DNA of 64,000 nucleotides from Melittangium boletus DSM 14713 (GTDB lineage Bacteria; Myxococcota; Myxococcia; Myxococcales; Myxococcaceae): NCBI RefSeq assembly GCF_002305855.1, contig NZ_CP022163.1, positions 6,939,765 to 7,003,764 of the forward strand, read 5' to 3'. Shown piece by piece: positions 9,096 to 18,390 of this stretch (position 1 is its first letter; each line of letters starts with the position of its first letter). The notes under the pieces were generated by a model. It saw only the letters and a program-made list of their open reading frames with translations, ran no database searches and was not told where the DNA came from. The position numbers and the translations under genes were made by a program.

Positions 9096-11305
9096 TGCCT
9101 AATTCGAACAAACAAATCGACCTGGCTATCACGATTCCTCAGAACGGCATGGGCACAAACACAACAACGCACAATCACCAAGTTAAGCTCGCCTTGACGC
9201 TAGACCACCGAGAGTGGCTCGGTTTTCTAGCGGACGAGTGGTGGCCGCTGAATTCCCCTGACAAATCCAGCCGGCTGGGCGTTGGTACGCCCAGAGATAT
9301 TGCGGTGTCCGAGGATAAAATTACCGTGGTTGCCTGGATTGATTCAGCTCGGCTACCGCAAGTAGAGGTGTTGTCTTGGCGAGCCAATCAATGGCTCCGC
9401 GTGTCGCTCGCAGATGTGGGCGAAATCGACGAAGAAGTTGTCTGGCCAGGGCCGCTGCCATTATTTGCGGTATCATCTTTTTCTGTGGTGAATCAACTCG
9501 ACAAGGCTAGGTTACTTGCAATGTCGAGAGGATTTTCGAATATCTCCGCGCCCACTCAGCCTATTCATGTTGAGCGATACAGTCTGAAAGTATCGACCGC
9601 ACAGCAGCCGCCAGACCAAAAAGACCAGACCGCTTTTACACCAAGCCAAGACTGGAATTCAGATCGTGGCGCAGCAGCAATGGCTGTTTGGGCTGTGCCT
9701 GCGGTCGCGCCCTGGCTTGATGTACTTTGCGAATCACTTGATCTATCCACAGAAGGATTCACGGCGAATCGACTGGGAGCTGCATGGTGGAGCGAGCCAC
9801 CATGGCGCTCAAGGCCTAGCAATGGTCGCGACGTGGATGCGCATAACATCACTTTTTGGCGCGCTACTGTCGATGTTCTAAGGGCAGTTCGCATGCGCGA
9901 AGCATGGCGTCCTCTTCAAGTTCTTGATGAAATTCGGGAACGCGCGCTGTCAAATGGCATCACCCGTTCGTCATTGGAGGAATTGGTATCCGAGACGCGG
10001 GAGCTTCTTAATGATGAGCGCACAGTACGTCTCGATCAGCGGCACTTCGGTGCTCTTGGGGCAGCACTTCAGTTAGTACTTTTGCGTCCAACTCCGGAAC
10101 GCTTTATTACATGGACACACGAACTTCGTGCACTTCCCCCAGTTATTTGGTGGACCGGCGCAATGCTGTCTGGTCTTGTTCAAGGATACCGAGACCTTGA
10201 ACCACGCTTTCGCGGAATGACAGAGGGTCGTTCGCTTTTGGCAATTCGTACATTGCAACTTTCGAACATAGAAACTGCGCGCATTGGTTGGCCGGGAGCG
10301 TCAACCGCAAAGCCAAAGTGGAGCCGTGAAGCAGGAAAAGTACGGCTCTATTGGGACGACAAAAACTGGGCCGAAAGATCCGAGAACAGCCGTGGCCGGT
10401 GGTTTGCGGCAAACCTCGAACAGCCCGACATCAGACGAGCTGCGATTGATGTGGCTCAGCATTTTTCACCAACTTGCCTGCGTCAAAGACTGCGCCTCAA
10501 GGACCAGCAACTAGCTATTCTGGGAGCAGGTGTGGTTCAGGTAGAAACAAAAGGGGCGCCGCTTCTCGTCATAAATGGGGCAATTGAACTGAATCTTCCA
10601 GTAGAAGCATCAATTACCACCGAAATCGATGATGATTCTTTTCGCCAGTGGCTTATTCATGAGGGCATCGTTGAGCGCTTGCCAGAACCTCCTCTTGTGG
10701 GTTCCACTCGTAAATTAGATGCAGGGCATCGTGATACAGTCCCAGGCCTTGTGTTTGTTCCAGACTTCATATCGGCAATAGAAGAAAGGGAAATTCTGGC
10801 CACAATCGATGCTGCTCCATGGCGTGACGACATGAAGCGCCGAGTTCAGCACTATGGATGGGCTTATAACTACAAAGCAAAGAAAGTGGAGCCCAAAGAC
10901 CGCCTAGGTCCTCTTCCTGAGTGGGCCGAGCAAATTGGTGCGCGATTAGTAGAAAAAGGATTTGTCGAAGAGTTGCCTGATCAAGTTATTGTTAACGAGT
11001 ATGTCGTAGGTCAAGGCATTTCAAAACATGTGGATTGCCCCTCCTGCTTTCGCGGCGCTATTGTGACCATTAGCTTGAGTGAATCATGGGAAATGTTCTT
11101 TTGGAGCCCTGAAGGTCGAAAAACTGTCCTTACACTAGATAGGCGTAGTGCGACAATTATTGGAGGGGACGCACGGGAAAAATGGAAACACGAGATCCCT
11201 AAACGCCTGAACGAGCCTTGGGGCCCTCGGGGTCGGCGAGTCTCACTAACGTTTCGCAAAGTTGATATCCACAGCCATAAAGCAAGGCATCCATCTTCTC
11301 GCTAG
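9095..11305 (+). CDS. 736-aa fusion protein: unknown ~550-aa N-terminal region + C-terminal AlkB-like Fe(II)/2-oxoglutarate dioxygenase domain
   Basis: The C-terminal ~190 aa read ...VFVPDFISAIEEREILATIDAAPWRDD...VQHYGWAYNY...VNEYVVGQGISKHVDCPSCFRGAIVTISL...REKWKHEIPKR...RGRRVSLTFRKV. These carry the AlkB signatures H-x-D (HVD), a distal His (KHEIP) and the 2OG-binding R-x-S-x-T-F-R (cf. E. coli AlkB RINLTFR). The N-terminal region is Trp-rich (WWPLNSP, WWSEPPWRSRP, IWWTG) and has no motif I recognise. Confidence 0.6.
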   Translation: MPNSNKQIDLAITIPQNGMGTNTTTHNHQVKLALTLDHREWLGFLADEWWPLNSPDKSSRLGVGTPRDIAVSEDKITVVAWIDSARLPQVEVLSWRANQWLRVSLADVGEIDEEVVWPGPLPLFAVSSFSVVNQLDKARLLAMSRGFSNISAPTQPIHVERYSLKVSTAQQPPDQKDQTAFTPSQDWNSDRGAAAMAVWAVPAVAPWLDVLCESLDLSTEGFTANRLGAAWWSEPPWRSRPSNGRDVDAHNITFWRATVDVLRAVRMREAWRPLQVLDEIRERALSNGITRSSLEELVSETRELLNDERTVRLDQRHFGALGAALQLVLLRPTPERFITWTHELRALPPVIWWTGAMLSGLVQGYRDLEPRFRGMTEGRSLLAIRTLQLSNIETARIGWPGASTAKPKWSREAGKVRLYWDDKNWAERSENSRGRWFAANLEQPDIRRAAIDVAQHFSPTCLRQRLRLKDQQLAILGAGVVQVETKGAPLLVINGAIELNLPVEASITTEIDDDSFRQWLIHEGIVERLPEPPLVGSTRKLDAGHRDTVPGLVFVPDFISAIEEREILATIDAAPWRDDMKRRVQHYGWAYNYKAKKVEPKDRLGPLPEWAEQIGARLVEKGFVEELPDQVIVNEYVVGQGISKHVDCPSCFRGAIVTISLSESWEMFFWSPEGRKTVLTLDRRSATIIGGDAREKWKHEIPKRLNEPWGPRGRRVSLTFRKVDIHSHKARHPSSR

Positions 11306-11822
11306 GTGTCATCCGCCAAGCTACAGAATAAAGAAGATTGAGTGATCGCGGTAGGGACGGCCCTTCGCCCCAGGACTCGGGCCGCCCCCCGCACAGATCC
11401 CAGCGGGCGCTGCTAGCGCACTGGGCTCTTGCCTCGGATGTTGACGTCAAGGCCGTACTGCTCCTCGACGTAGGCGGCAGGGCGCACTGGACACGCATTG
11501 TCCGGCGCTGTGTCCGGGGCGTGTTTTGCCCTCCCTCCTTCTCCCTGGCCAGACTCCTTCCCTCCACCACCTCCGCGGCCCTACTACTGGCTTTGTTCGG
11601 CGGCTTCGTCGGTACTACGAGTCTGTCTGACTTCCTCTGCCCGTTCATCATCGGCGTACGGCCACTGGCCTTCCCGATACGTCCCGCCCTACTTCCGGCG
11701 GGCGGACAGCGGATCTCCCGGTTCTCGCGCATGGAGTGTCCGTGCATGCGAGGGGTCTACGACCGCGCAGGACCGTCCCTGAACTCGCCTTGTCGTTCGT
11801 GGACATGTGGCCTTCCGCCTCG

Positions 11823-13356
11823 GTTAACACTACTGCGTCATGACTGAGCAGGAGGTGAAGGAGGGGCCTGTCTGCTCGCCTGGTCTTGGAAGTCAGGTGT
11901 GGACCCCTACCGCGAAAGTCGGCCGGTGCGTATTGATTGTGTCGTGAAGCCCATTCAGTGAGCCAGATGATGCGCACCTTCATGGACGCCCAGGGAGTTG
12001 AACGACTCGAGGCGTATTTCCAAAAGATTGGCGACGTCTTGGGCGGGGACAGTCGCCGAGGTTCCTTTGCCCTTTATGCCCTGGGCCTCCTGGGGGAGGG
12101 CGAGCGCAAGAGCGTCGAGCCCATTGCCGCGCGGGCCTGCCCCGACCCCGACAAGACCGAGGCCATGCACCAGCGCCTGCTTCACTTCGCTGTCAACTCC
12201 CGCTGGAGCGATCGGGAGGTTCGCCGAGAGGCCACTGGCTATGCCCTTGGCGCCATGACGCAGCGCGAGCCCATCGAGGCATGGATTGTCGACGACACCG
12301 GCTTTCTCAAGCAAGGCAAGCATTCGGTGGGCGTGCAGCGGCAATACACCGGCTCGGCGGGCAAAATCACCAACTGCCAGATTGGCGTCAGCCTCAGCCT
12401 CGCCACCCGCACCGAGCACCTCCCCATCGACTTCGAGCTGTACCTGCCCGAGTCCTGGGTCAATGACTCCGCTCGTCGTCAGGAGGCCCGAATCCCCGAG
12501 GAGGTGACTTTCAAGACAAAACCCCAGTTGGCTGTGCAGATGATTCGTCGAGCGATAGCGGACGGCGTTCCCAAAGGAGTCGCCCTGGCGGACTCCGCGT
12601 ATGGCTCCTCCAGTGAGTTCCGCGCACAGGTGCGCTCCTTGGGGCTGCATTATGCAGTGGGTGTAGACCCCCAAACGGCCGTTTGCCTCCTCGACGACGA
12701 GGGACGCCCCCAGGGCGAGGCGATGAGCGTCAAGGACATGGCTTCGCACCTGCACGAGCGCGGAGGCTTTCGACGCTGCACCTGGCGCTGCGGCACCCGT
12801 GAGCCGCTCTGGGCGCGTTTCGCCTTGCGTCGTGTGATTGCCGCGGGAGTTCCCAAAAGCCAACAAGAACCGCTCTGGCTGCTCATTGAATGGCGCGAAG
12901 GTGAGTCCGAGCCGGCTAACTATTTCCTTGTTTCAGTGCCAGAGCGCATGAGTAAGAAACAGCTCATCCGTCTTGTCATGCAGCGCTGGCGAACCGAGCG
13001 CGTCTACGAGGACTTGAAGGGAGAGCTCGGGCTCGACCACTACGAGGGTCGGCGCTTTCCAGGTTGGCACCACCACGTCTCCGTCGCCCTGTGCTGCTAC
13101 GCGTTCATCATCGCCGAACGCGCGCGGCATTTTCCCCCCTCGGCCCGAGGGGCGGGTGAAGCCCACGCGCAGCCGCTCCAGGCCTGAACGCCACTTTCAC
13201 GACAGCTTCATCACCGCACGGCTTGCCATGGCCCGGGTGATTGCCACCTGGCTGCCTCGCTGTCCTTGCTGCCACCGCTCCAGCCCCCAGTTCCCCTCAC
13301 GGCCCCTGGCTGGCATCCCCATTCATCTTTCGGGCCCCTGACGCAGTAGTGTTAAC
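11823..13356 (+). mobile_element. IS701-family insertion sequence copy 1 (1,534 bp) with 18-bp terminal inverted repeats
   Basis: IRL gttaacactactgcgtca (11823-11840) against IRR tgacgcagtagtgttaac (13339-13356), a perfect inverted pair. It encloses the transposase ORF. Confidence 0.7.
11937..13187 (+). CDS. IS701-family DDE transposase
   Basis: ...WIVDDTGFLKQGKHSVGVQRQYTGSAGKITNCQIGVSLSLAT... and a C-terminal ...WRTERVYEDLKGELGLDHYEGRRFPGWHHHV... block are diagnostic for IS701/ISAzo13-like transposases. It is a paralogue of the ORF at 35729..37078. Confidence 0.75.
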   Translation: MCREAHSVSQMMRTFMDAQGVERLEAYFQKIGDVLGGDSRRGSFALYALGLLGEGERKSVEPIAARACPDPDKTEAMHQRLLHFAVNSRWSDREVRREATGYALGAMTQREPIEAWIVDDTGFLKQGKHSVGVQRQYTGSAGKITNCQIGVSLSLATRTEHLPIDFELYLPESWVNDSARRQEARIPEEVTFKTKPQLAVQMIRRAIADGVPKGVALADSAYGSSSEFRAQVRSLGLHYAVGVDPQTAVCLLDDEGRPQGEAMSVKDMASHLHERGGFRRCTWRCGTREPLWARFALRRVIAAGVPKSQQEPLWLLIEWREGESEPANYFLVSVPERMSKKQLIRLVMQRWRTERVYEDLKGELGLDHYEGRRFPGWHHHVSVALCCYAFIIAERARHFPPSARGAGEAHAQPLQA

Positions 13357-13608
13357 AGCGTCGGCATCCTGGAGTGGTTGATTTCGCGGCTCTATACCCT
13401 GCCTGCACATCCCCCTGTCAACGCTTCGCCTGCACCCTCACGGATGTCGACGCATGACTCGGGGCCATCGTGGGGGGCTAGCCCTTCGATGTACGACTCT
13501 TTCATTCGCTACTCCATGCCGGTTTATCCCGGCGCACTAACCGTTCACCGAGTCGGAGCTTGAGATTGGCGCGGGAGTGGCGTCGGCGGAGAACCTTGTG
13601 CCTGGGGG

Positions 13609-14448
13609 TTGCTGCGGATGCATGAGGACGCTGCTGGCCCGAGTGGAGAGCGAGCAGGGGGGAGTATGACCGCGCACGTCAAGCCGCGCGGAGTGACTCC
13701 CGACGTTATTCATCGCCACATGATGGAAGGAGACCCTCGAGACGCGCGCATCGCGGAGTTGGAAGAGCAGGTGGCCGCCAGAGACGCGCGCATCGCGGAA
13801 CTGACGGCCCTGGTCGAGGCGCTCACTCGCCGAGTAGCGGAGTTGGAGGCCCGCCTGGGGCAGAACTCCACCAACTCCTCGAGACCGCCGTCGTCGGACC
13901 CGCTTGGAACGAAGCGAAAGCCAAGGCGGCCCGAAAAGCGCCGCCGCCCAGGCGGGCAGCCCGGCCACGAGCCCCACAAGCGGGAGTTGCTACCAGAAGA
14001 GCAAGTCGACCGTGTCGTCGACTTGCCACCGCCCAAGCAGTGCGAGCGCTGCGAGCACGAGCTGGAGGGCACGCGGCAGCAGGCGCTGCGGCACCAGGTG
14101 GTGGAAGTGCCACCGCTCAAGCCTGTCGTCACGGAGTACCGTTGCCATGGGCTGACGTGTGCACACTGTGGCACGTTGAATCGGGCCCTGCTTCCACCAG
14201 AAGTGGCTGGCCATGTGTTTGGCGCTCGCCTGTCGGCGCTGGTGTGCCTGCGGGTAGGCAAGTACCGGCTTTCCAAACGGCTGGTACAGGAGGCGCTGTC
14301 GGACTTGCTGGGAGTGCGCCTGTCGCTGGGTGCCGTCAGCAACCGGGAGCGGGAGATGAGCCAGGCCCTGGCGGCGCCCATGGAGCAGGCGGAGCGTTTC
14401 ATCCGCGACCAGGAGCGGGCCATGGATGAGACGAGCTGGGTGGAGGGG
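13609..14448 (+). pseudogene. IS66-family transposase, N-terminal part (interrupted by ISAs1 copy 1)
   Basis: Leucine-zipper-like EL..RVAELEARLGQNSTNSSRPPSSDPLGTKRKPRRPE followed by a zinc-finger-like C..C...L.GT..Q.L block (QCERCEHELEGTRQQAL...CHGLTCAHCG) typical of IS66 TnpC N-termini. The frame is cut at the ISAs1 IR (14449). Confidence 0.65.
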
Positions 14449-14610
14449 CCAGGCTTGATTCAAAGTCCCACGGGAGAAGTTATCCCACCTGGACCTACGG
14501 AGGAGGTAAGGTGCCCGCGGACGGGACAAGGTGGCGCGAGCAGCGCGGGGCTGATCGCGTGGCACGAGCCCGAAACAGGCAGGACGCGGGCCAGTTGAGG
14601 CCGGTGGAGA

Positions 14611-15449
14611 GTGAAAGTGGGTAGGGAGAAAAACCGGGGCGGGAGAGCTGGCGGGCCCTCCACACCCCCTGAGAAGCAAGGAGAAGCGAGGAGACACAAG
14701 AGAGAAGACGCCTCGCCCGTGCAGGAGATGTTGACGCGGTTGGGAGTAACGTTCAAGCAGATAGTGGACCCAAGGGCCAGCCGCGGCAAGAGACACGAGT
14801 TGGGGGCGATGCTGTCGCTGCTGGTGCAAGGGCTGGCGACCGGAAGAAGAGTGCTGAGACAGGTAGAGGCGTTGGGTGCGGACTTGGTGCGCGAGGGGAC
14901 AGGGCCAGCGGGATTGCGCGGACCGGTATCAGACACGACCTTGGACAGACTGCTCAGTCAGCTCAAGCCCGAGGGGTTGGACAAGGTGCTGCGGCAGTTG
15001 GTGCGGACGGCGCTCGAGCGGGGAGTGCTGCGTCAGGACAGGATGGCGGCGGGAGTGGTGTCGATTGACGGCAAGGCGGGGGAGAGCACGCGAGGACAAG
15101 CGCCCTGCGAGCCATGTCACACACTGAGAGACGAGCAGGGGCAAGAGTATTGGTACCCTTTCGCGCTGCGAGCGGCGCTCACCAGCAGCGGAGCGTGCCC
15201 GGTGCTCGACCAGATGATGCTGGAGGGCAAGCAAGGAGAGGCGACGGCCTTCCCCAAGCTGCTCAAGCGGGTGGTGGAGAAGTATGGAGAGCACTTCAAA
15301 TACGTGACGGGGGACGCGGGGCTGACGAGCGCGGCGAACGCGAGAGCGGTGAGAGAGGCAGGCAAACATTATGTGTTCGCCGTGAAGGAGAACTTCCAGC
15401 GCTTGCATGACGTGATGTGGGTGGCGCTGGGGACAGCACCCGTACAGGT
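14611..15449 (+). pseudogene. ISAs1-family transposase copy 1, N-terminal part
   Basis: About 90% identical to the intact copy (18391..19710) up to ...VALGTAPVQV, where the copy-2 end begins. Confidence 0.65.
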
Positions 15450-15582
15450 CAGGCCTGATCCAAAGTCCGAGAGGGAGGTTTTGAAGGGGGCGGGCCCGGG
15501 GGCAAGCCGTTTCAGGCAAGAGCGTGGCGTGCTCCCAGCAGGCGCTCGCGAGAGGAGCGCCTCGGGGAGGGCAACTGGCTGA

Positions 15583-16640
15583 GAGGGTGTTGAACTGGAG
15601 CAGAGGGATTCCCTAGCTCCAAGGTAGGGCGCTCAAGGCCAAAACAGTGCGTTCCTGCCCCTTGTGGCGATGTGTTCGTGGAATTTTTGTGACTCCGTAG
15701 TCGCTGCAGCCGCTGCCTTCGTCCGTTTTGTCCTCCTGCCGATGGATGACCGCGAAGGTAGTGGCGACCAGGTGACCGCGCAAGTTGCGCTTGGCACGAG
15801 AGTCCTTATCTCCCAAGGTCATGAGCGATCTTCCCATGCCCGATAGGCAGCGCTATCCCACGGACCTGACGGACAAACAATGGGCGCTGGTAGAACCCTT
15901 CGTCCGGGCCAGCCACTGTGGGCCCCAAGAGGTGCTACATCCACGGCGAGAAGTGGTCAACGCCATCCTGTACATCAAGCGCACGGGAGCGCAGTGGCGA
16001 TACATGCCGCACGACTTGCCGGACTGGCGGATTGTCTATCACTACTTCGCGCGCTGGAAGAAGGATGGGACGTGGAAGAATCTCAACGATGAGTTGAGGC
16101 GAGAGGTGCGCACGAAGGAGGGACATGAGGAGGAGCCAACGGCGGGAGTCCTGGACAGCCAGAGCGTCAAGACGGTGCAAGAGGCGGAGACGAAGGGATA
16201 TGACGCGGGAAAGAAAATCAAAGGCAGGAAGAGGCACCTGCTGGTTGATGCCCTGGGGCTGTTGCTCGTCTCATGGATAAGCACGGCGGATGTTCAGGAC
16301 AGGGATGGCGCGCGGAAGGTGTTACCAGTGGCTGCACAGCAGTATCCCACGCTCAAGAAGACTTGGGTGGATGGCGGATATTCTGGGGAGCGTGTGCAGG
16401 CCGTGGCCACGAAGACAGGCATCAACGTCGAAGTGGTGAAGCGCTCAGACCAAGCGAAGGGCTTTGTTCTATTGCCCAAGCGATGGATAGTTGAGAGGAC
16501 TTTCGGGTGGTTGAATCGCCAGCGGCGCTTGTCCAAGGACTACGAGCGTAAGGAGTCTTCATCCGAAGCGTTTATTCACATCAGTATGATCGACCTCATG
16601 TTGCGGAGGCTTGCCTGAGCGCTCCAGTTCAACACCCTCT
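15583..16640 (+). mobile_element. IS5-family insertion sequence (1,058 bp) with perfect 20-bp terminal inverted repeats
   Basis: IRL agagggtgttgaactggagc (15583-15602) and IRR gctccagttcaacaccctct (16621-16640) are exact reverse complements. Confidence 0.75.
15785..16618 (+). CDS. IS5-family (IS427/ISL2-like) DDE transposase
   Basis: LTDKQWALVEPF...NAILYIKRTGAQWRYMP...DSQSVKT...GYDAGKKIKGRKRHLLVDALGLL...WVDGGYSG...RWIVERTFGWLNRQRRLSKDYE are the canonical IS5-family blocks. The likely start is the internal Met of MSDLPMPDRQ at 15821. Confidence 0.8.
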   Translation: MRLARESLSPKVMSDLPMPDRQRYPTDLTDKQWALVEPFVRASHCGPQEVLHPRREVVNAILYIKRTGAQWRYMPHDLPDWRIVYHYFARWKKDGTWKNLNDELRREVRTKEGHEEEPTAGVLDSQSVKTVQEAETKGYDAGKKIKGRKRHLLVDALGLLLVSWISTADVQDRDGARKVLPVAAQQYPTLKKTWVDGGYSGERVQAVATKTGINVEVVKRSDQAKGFVLLPKRWIVERTFGWLNRQRRLSKDYERKESSSEAFIHISMIDLMLRRLA

Positions 16641-16641
16641 G

Positions 16642-18322
16642 AGGACCACCCCTTTCAAGGTCGAATAGTGGCTCGCCACCTTTATGGTTTAGACAGGGCG
16701 GATGAGGGCGCATCAGTGAAGCTGGGCAGACCATCAGACATAGCCATGCCATGAAGCGCCCGGCGCTGCGGTGCTACTGGTCTCTTGCCTGCCTTGGTTG
16801 GCCTCCGTCTGCTGTTCAGGAGATTTTCTCGCCCTTGAGCACACGTGCTGTTGCCACATGCTTGCGCGCCACCTCTCCCGGTACATAGCCTTTCTTCACC
16901 TTCTTCTTGGCGGCGCGGGGATGTTTGCGCAATGTGGAAGGCTTCACCTTCTTCGCTAGCTCCAGCAGGAGCTCACTCAACTGCTCCGCGCTCCGTACCT
17001 CCTGTCCGCTCCAGTCCTCCGGCTCCACCACCATCATCATTCCTCCGTAAGCGAACTTCACTTCGGCGGCAATGTAATAGGTGGACACCTGCATATTGGC
17101 AGCCTCCAGGTCATGGCTGGCTTCCACCGCGGTTTTCACCACCGATAACACATTGTAGGCCAGTACCGCCACCCCAAAGGCCAGCAGCGCCGCTCGTGGT
17201 CTCCCCAAACTCCGCACCTCGCTCTCGAGCACGGCCTCCAACTCTCCAAACATCCCTTCAATCGTCCAGCGCTTCCTGTACAGCTGCGCTACCTCCACGG
17301 CGCTCAGTTTCTCCTCGGGCACGTTCGTGAGCAGCCGAATGGCTGTTTCCCCGTCTTCTGTTGGCTCCTCCAACTCCACTTCAATCCGTCTCAACTCCAA
17401 CGGCTCTTCCCCCTCCACTCGCACTGCCTGCTCGTACACACGTCCCGCTGGCCCTCGGCCTACTTCCCTCCGCTCCCCCAGCGCGGTCGGATTGGGCGAC
17501 ACGCCGTGCTCTCGGATGATGAAGGCCGCTCTCTTTTCATGCACCGCGCGCAGAATCCGGCTCGTGGAGAAGTTCCTGTCCGCCAGCCACAATTCTCCCT
17601 CCCGCACTCGCTCCAACACCGGCCCCATCAACGCCCGCTCTTGTGCATGCGCGTCTTCAGCCGGCAGCACATCCACCACCAGGCTCAACTCCGGCGCATA
17701 CACCACCAACGACTGTCCGGGCAGCGCAGCTCCTCGGAATTCTCTCAACGGTTTGAGCCGCTTCTCACTGGCGGGGAGGTGATTGCCATCCAAGACTCGC
17801 ACCTGGTAACCCGCCGCCCACGGCCCCTGCTTCTTCATGGGCCGCACCACGGGCAACAACCTCTCCGCGCTCCCTTGCACCAGGGCTCGCACCACCTGGG
17901 GCTCGGTGTGATTGACTTTGTCGTAGAGCGCCGCCAGCGAGACGGTCAAGTCCGGGTCGGACTGCGCCGCGGCGTGCAGCGACGGTCGCAGTCCCAGCGC
18001 CACCACTCCCATCAAATCCACTACCGAGGAGAAGAGCAACTCGCGCGTGTACTGCTGCTCTCGGTTCGCTTCGAATACCTCATCAATCCATTGCGAACTC
18101 AGGGCATGCTCAAGCGTGCGGCGCACCATCACCGTGACGGGACTGCGCTGCGTGAAACGCTCCATGATTGCCTTCAAGGCCACGTTTGTTCCTCCGCGAT
18201 GGGGCGCGAGGAATTTGCCTCGACCGTCCGGCTCCCCGGACCCACTTCCGCCCAGGTGGGCTTTCACCCTCCCACCTGACCGCTAGGGTAGCACCCTCCA
18301 CATGACCTTGAAAGTGGTGCCT
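16642..18322 (-). mobile_element. IS4-family insertion sequence (~1.68 kb) inside ISAs1 copy 2
   Basis: Terminal IRs aggaccacccctttcaaggtc (16642-) and gaccttgaaagtggtgcct (-18322). The flanking CTGAG repeat (18323-18327, and 15578-15581 + 16641 split by the IS5) is interpreted as the TSD. Confidence 0.6.
16816..18267 (-). CDS. IS4-family DDE transposase
   Basis: ...WLADRNFSTSRIL... (D of DDE), ...AQLYRKRWTIEGMFGELEAVL... (Y-2-R-3-E-6-K-type C-terminal motif). 483 aa. Confidence 0.7.
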   Translation of the reverse strand: MKAHLGGSGSGEPDGRGKFLAPHRGGTNVALKAIMERFTQRSPVTVMVRRTLEHALSSQWIDEVFEANREQQYTRELLFSSVVDLMGVVALGLRPSLHAAAQSDPDLTVSLAALYDKVNHTEPQVVRALVQGSAERLLPVVRPMKKQGPWAAGYQVRVLDGNHLPASEKRLKPLREFRGAALPGQSLVVYAPELSLVVDVLPAEDAHAQERALMGPVLERVREGELWLADRNFSTSRILRAVHEKRAAFIIREHGVSPNPTALGERREVGRGPAGRVYEQAVRVEGEEPLELRRIEVELEEPTEDGETAIRLLTNVPEEKLSAVEVAQLYRKRWTIEGMFGELEAVLESEVRSLGRPRAALLAFGVAVLAYNVLSVVKTAVEASHDLEAANMQVSTYYIAAEVKFAYGGMMMVVEPEDWSGQEVRSAEQLSELLLELAKKVKPSTLRKHPRAAKKKVKKGYVPGEVARKHVATARVLKGEKIS

Positions 18323-18390
18323 CTGAGGACGGACCCGCGAAGCCGAGGAGGTGGAGGCAGAGGAGGCCGGAGCCGGGCGCTGGCGGGCGC

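Noticed and set aside
9095-11305. AlkB domain as ordinary adaptive-response DNA repair gene (alkB)
   Set aside because: It is the C-terminal quarter of a 736-aa fusion, lies in foreign low-GC DNA, and is translationally coupled to a helicase and MTase-like gene. There is no ada/alkA context.
6830-11340. Low-GC island as a prophage or ICE
   Set aside because: No integrase, recombinase, capsid, tail, terminase or conjugation genes; only the three-gene operon. Treated as a cargo cassette of unknown vehicle.
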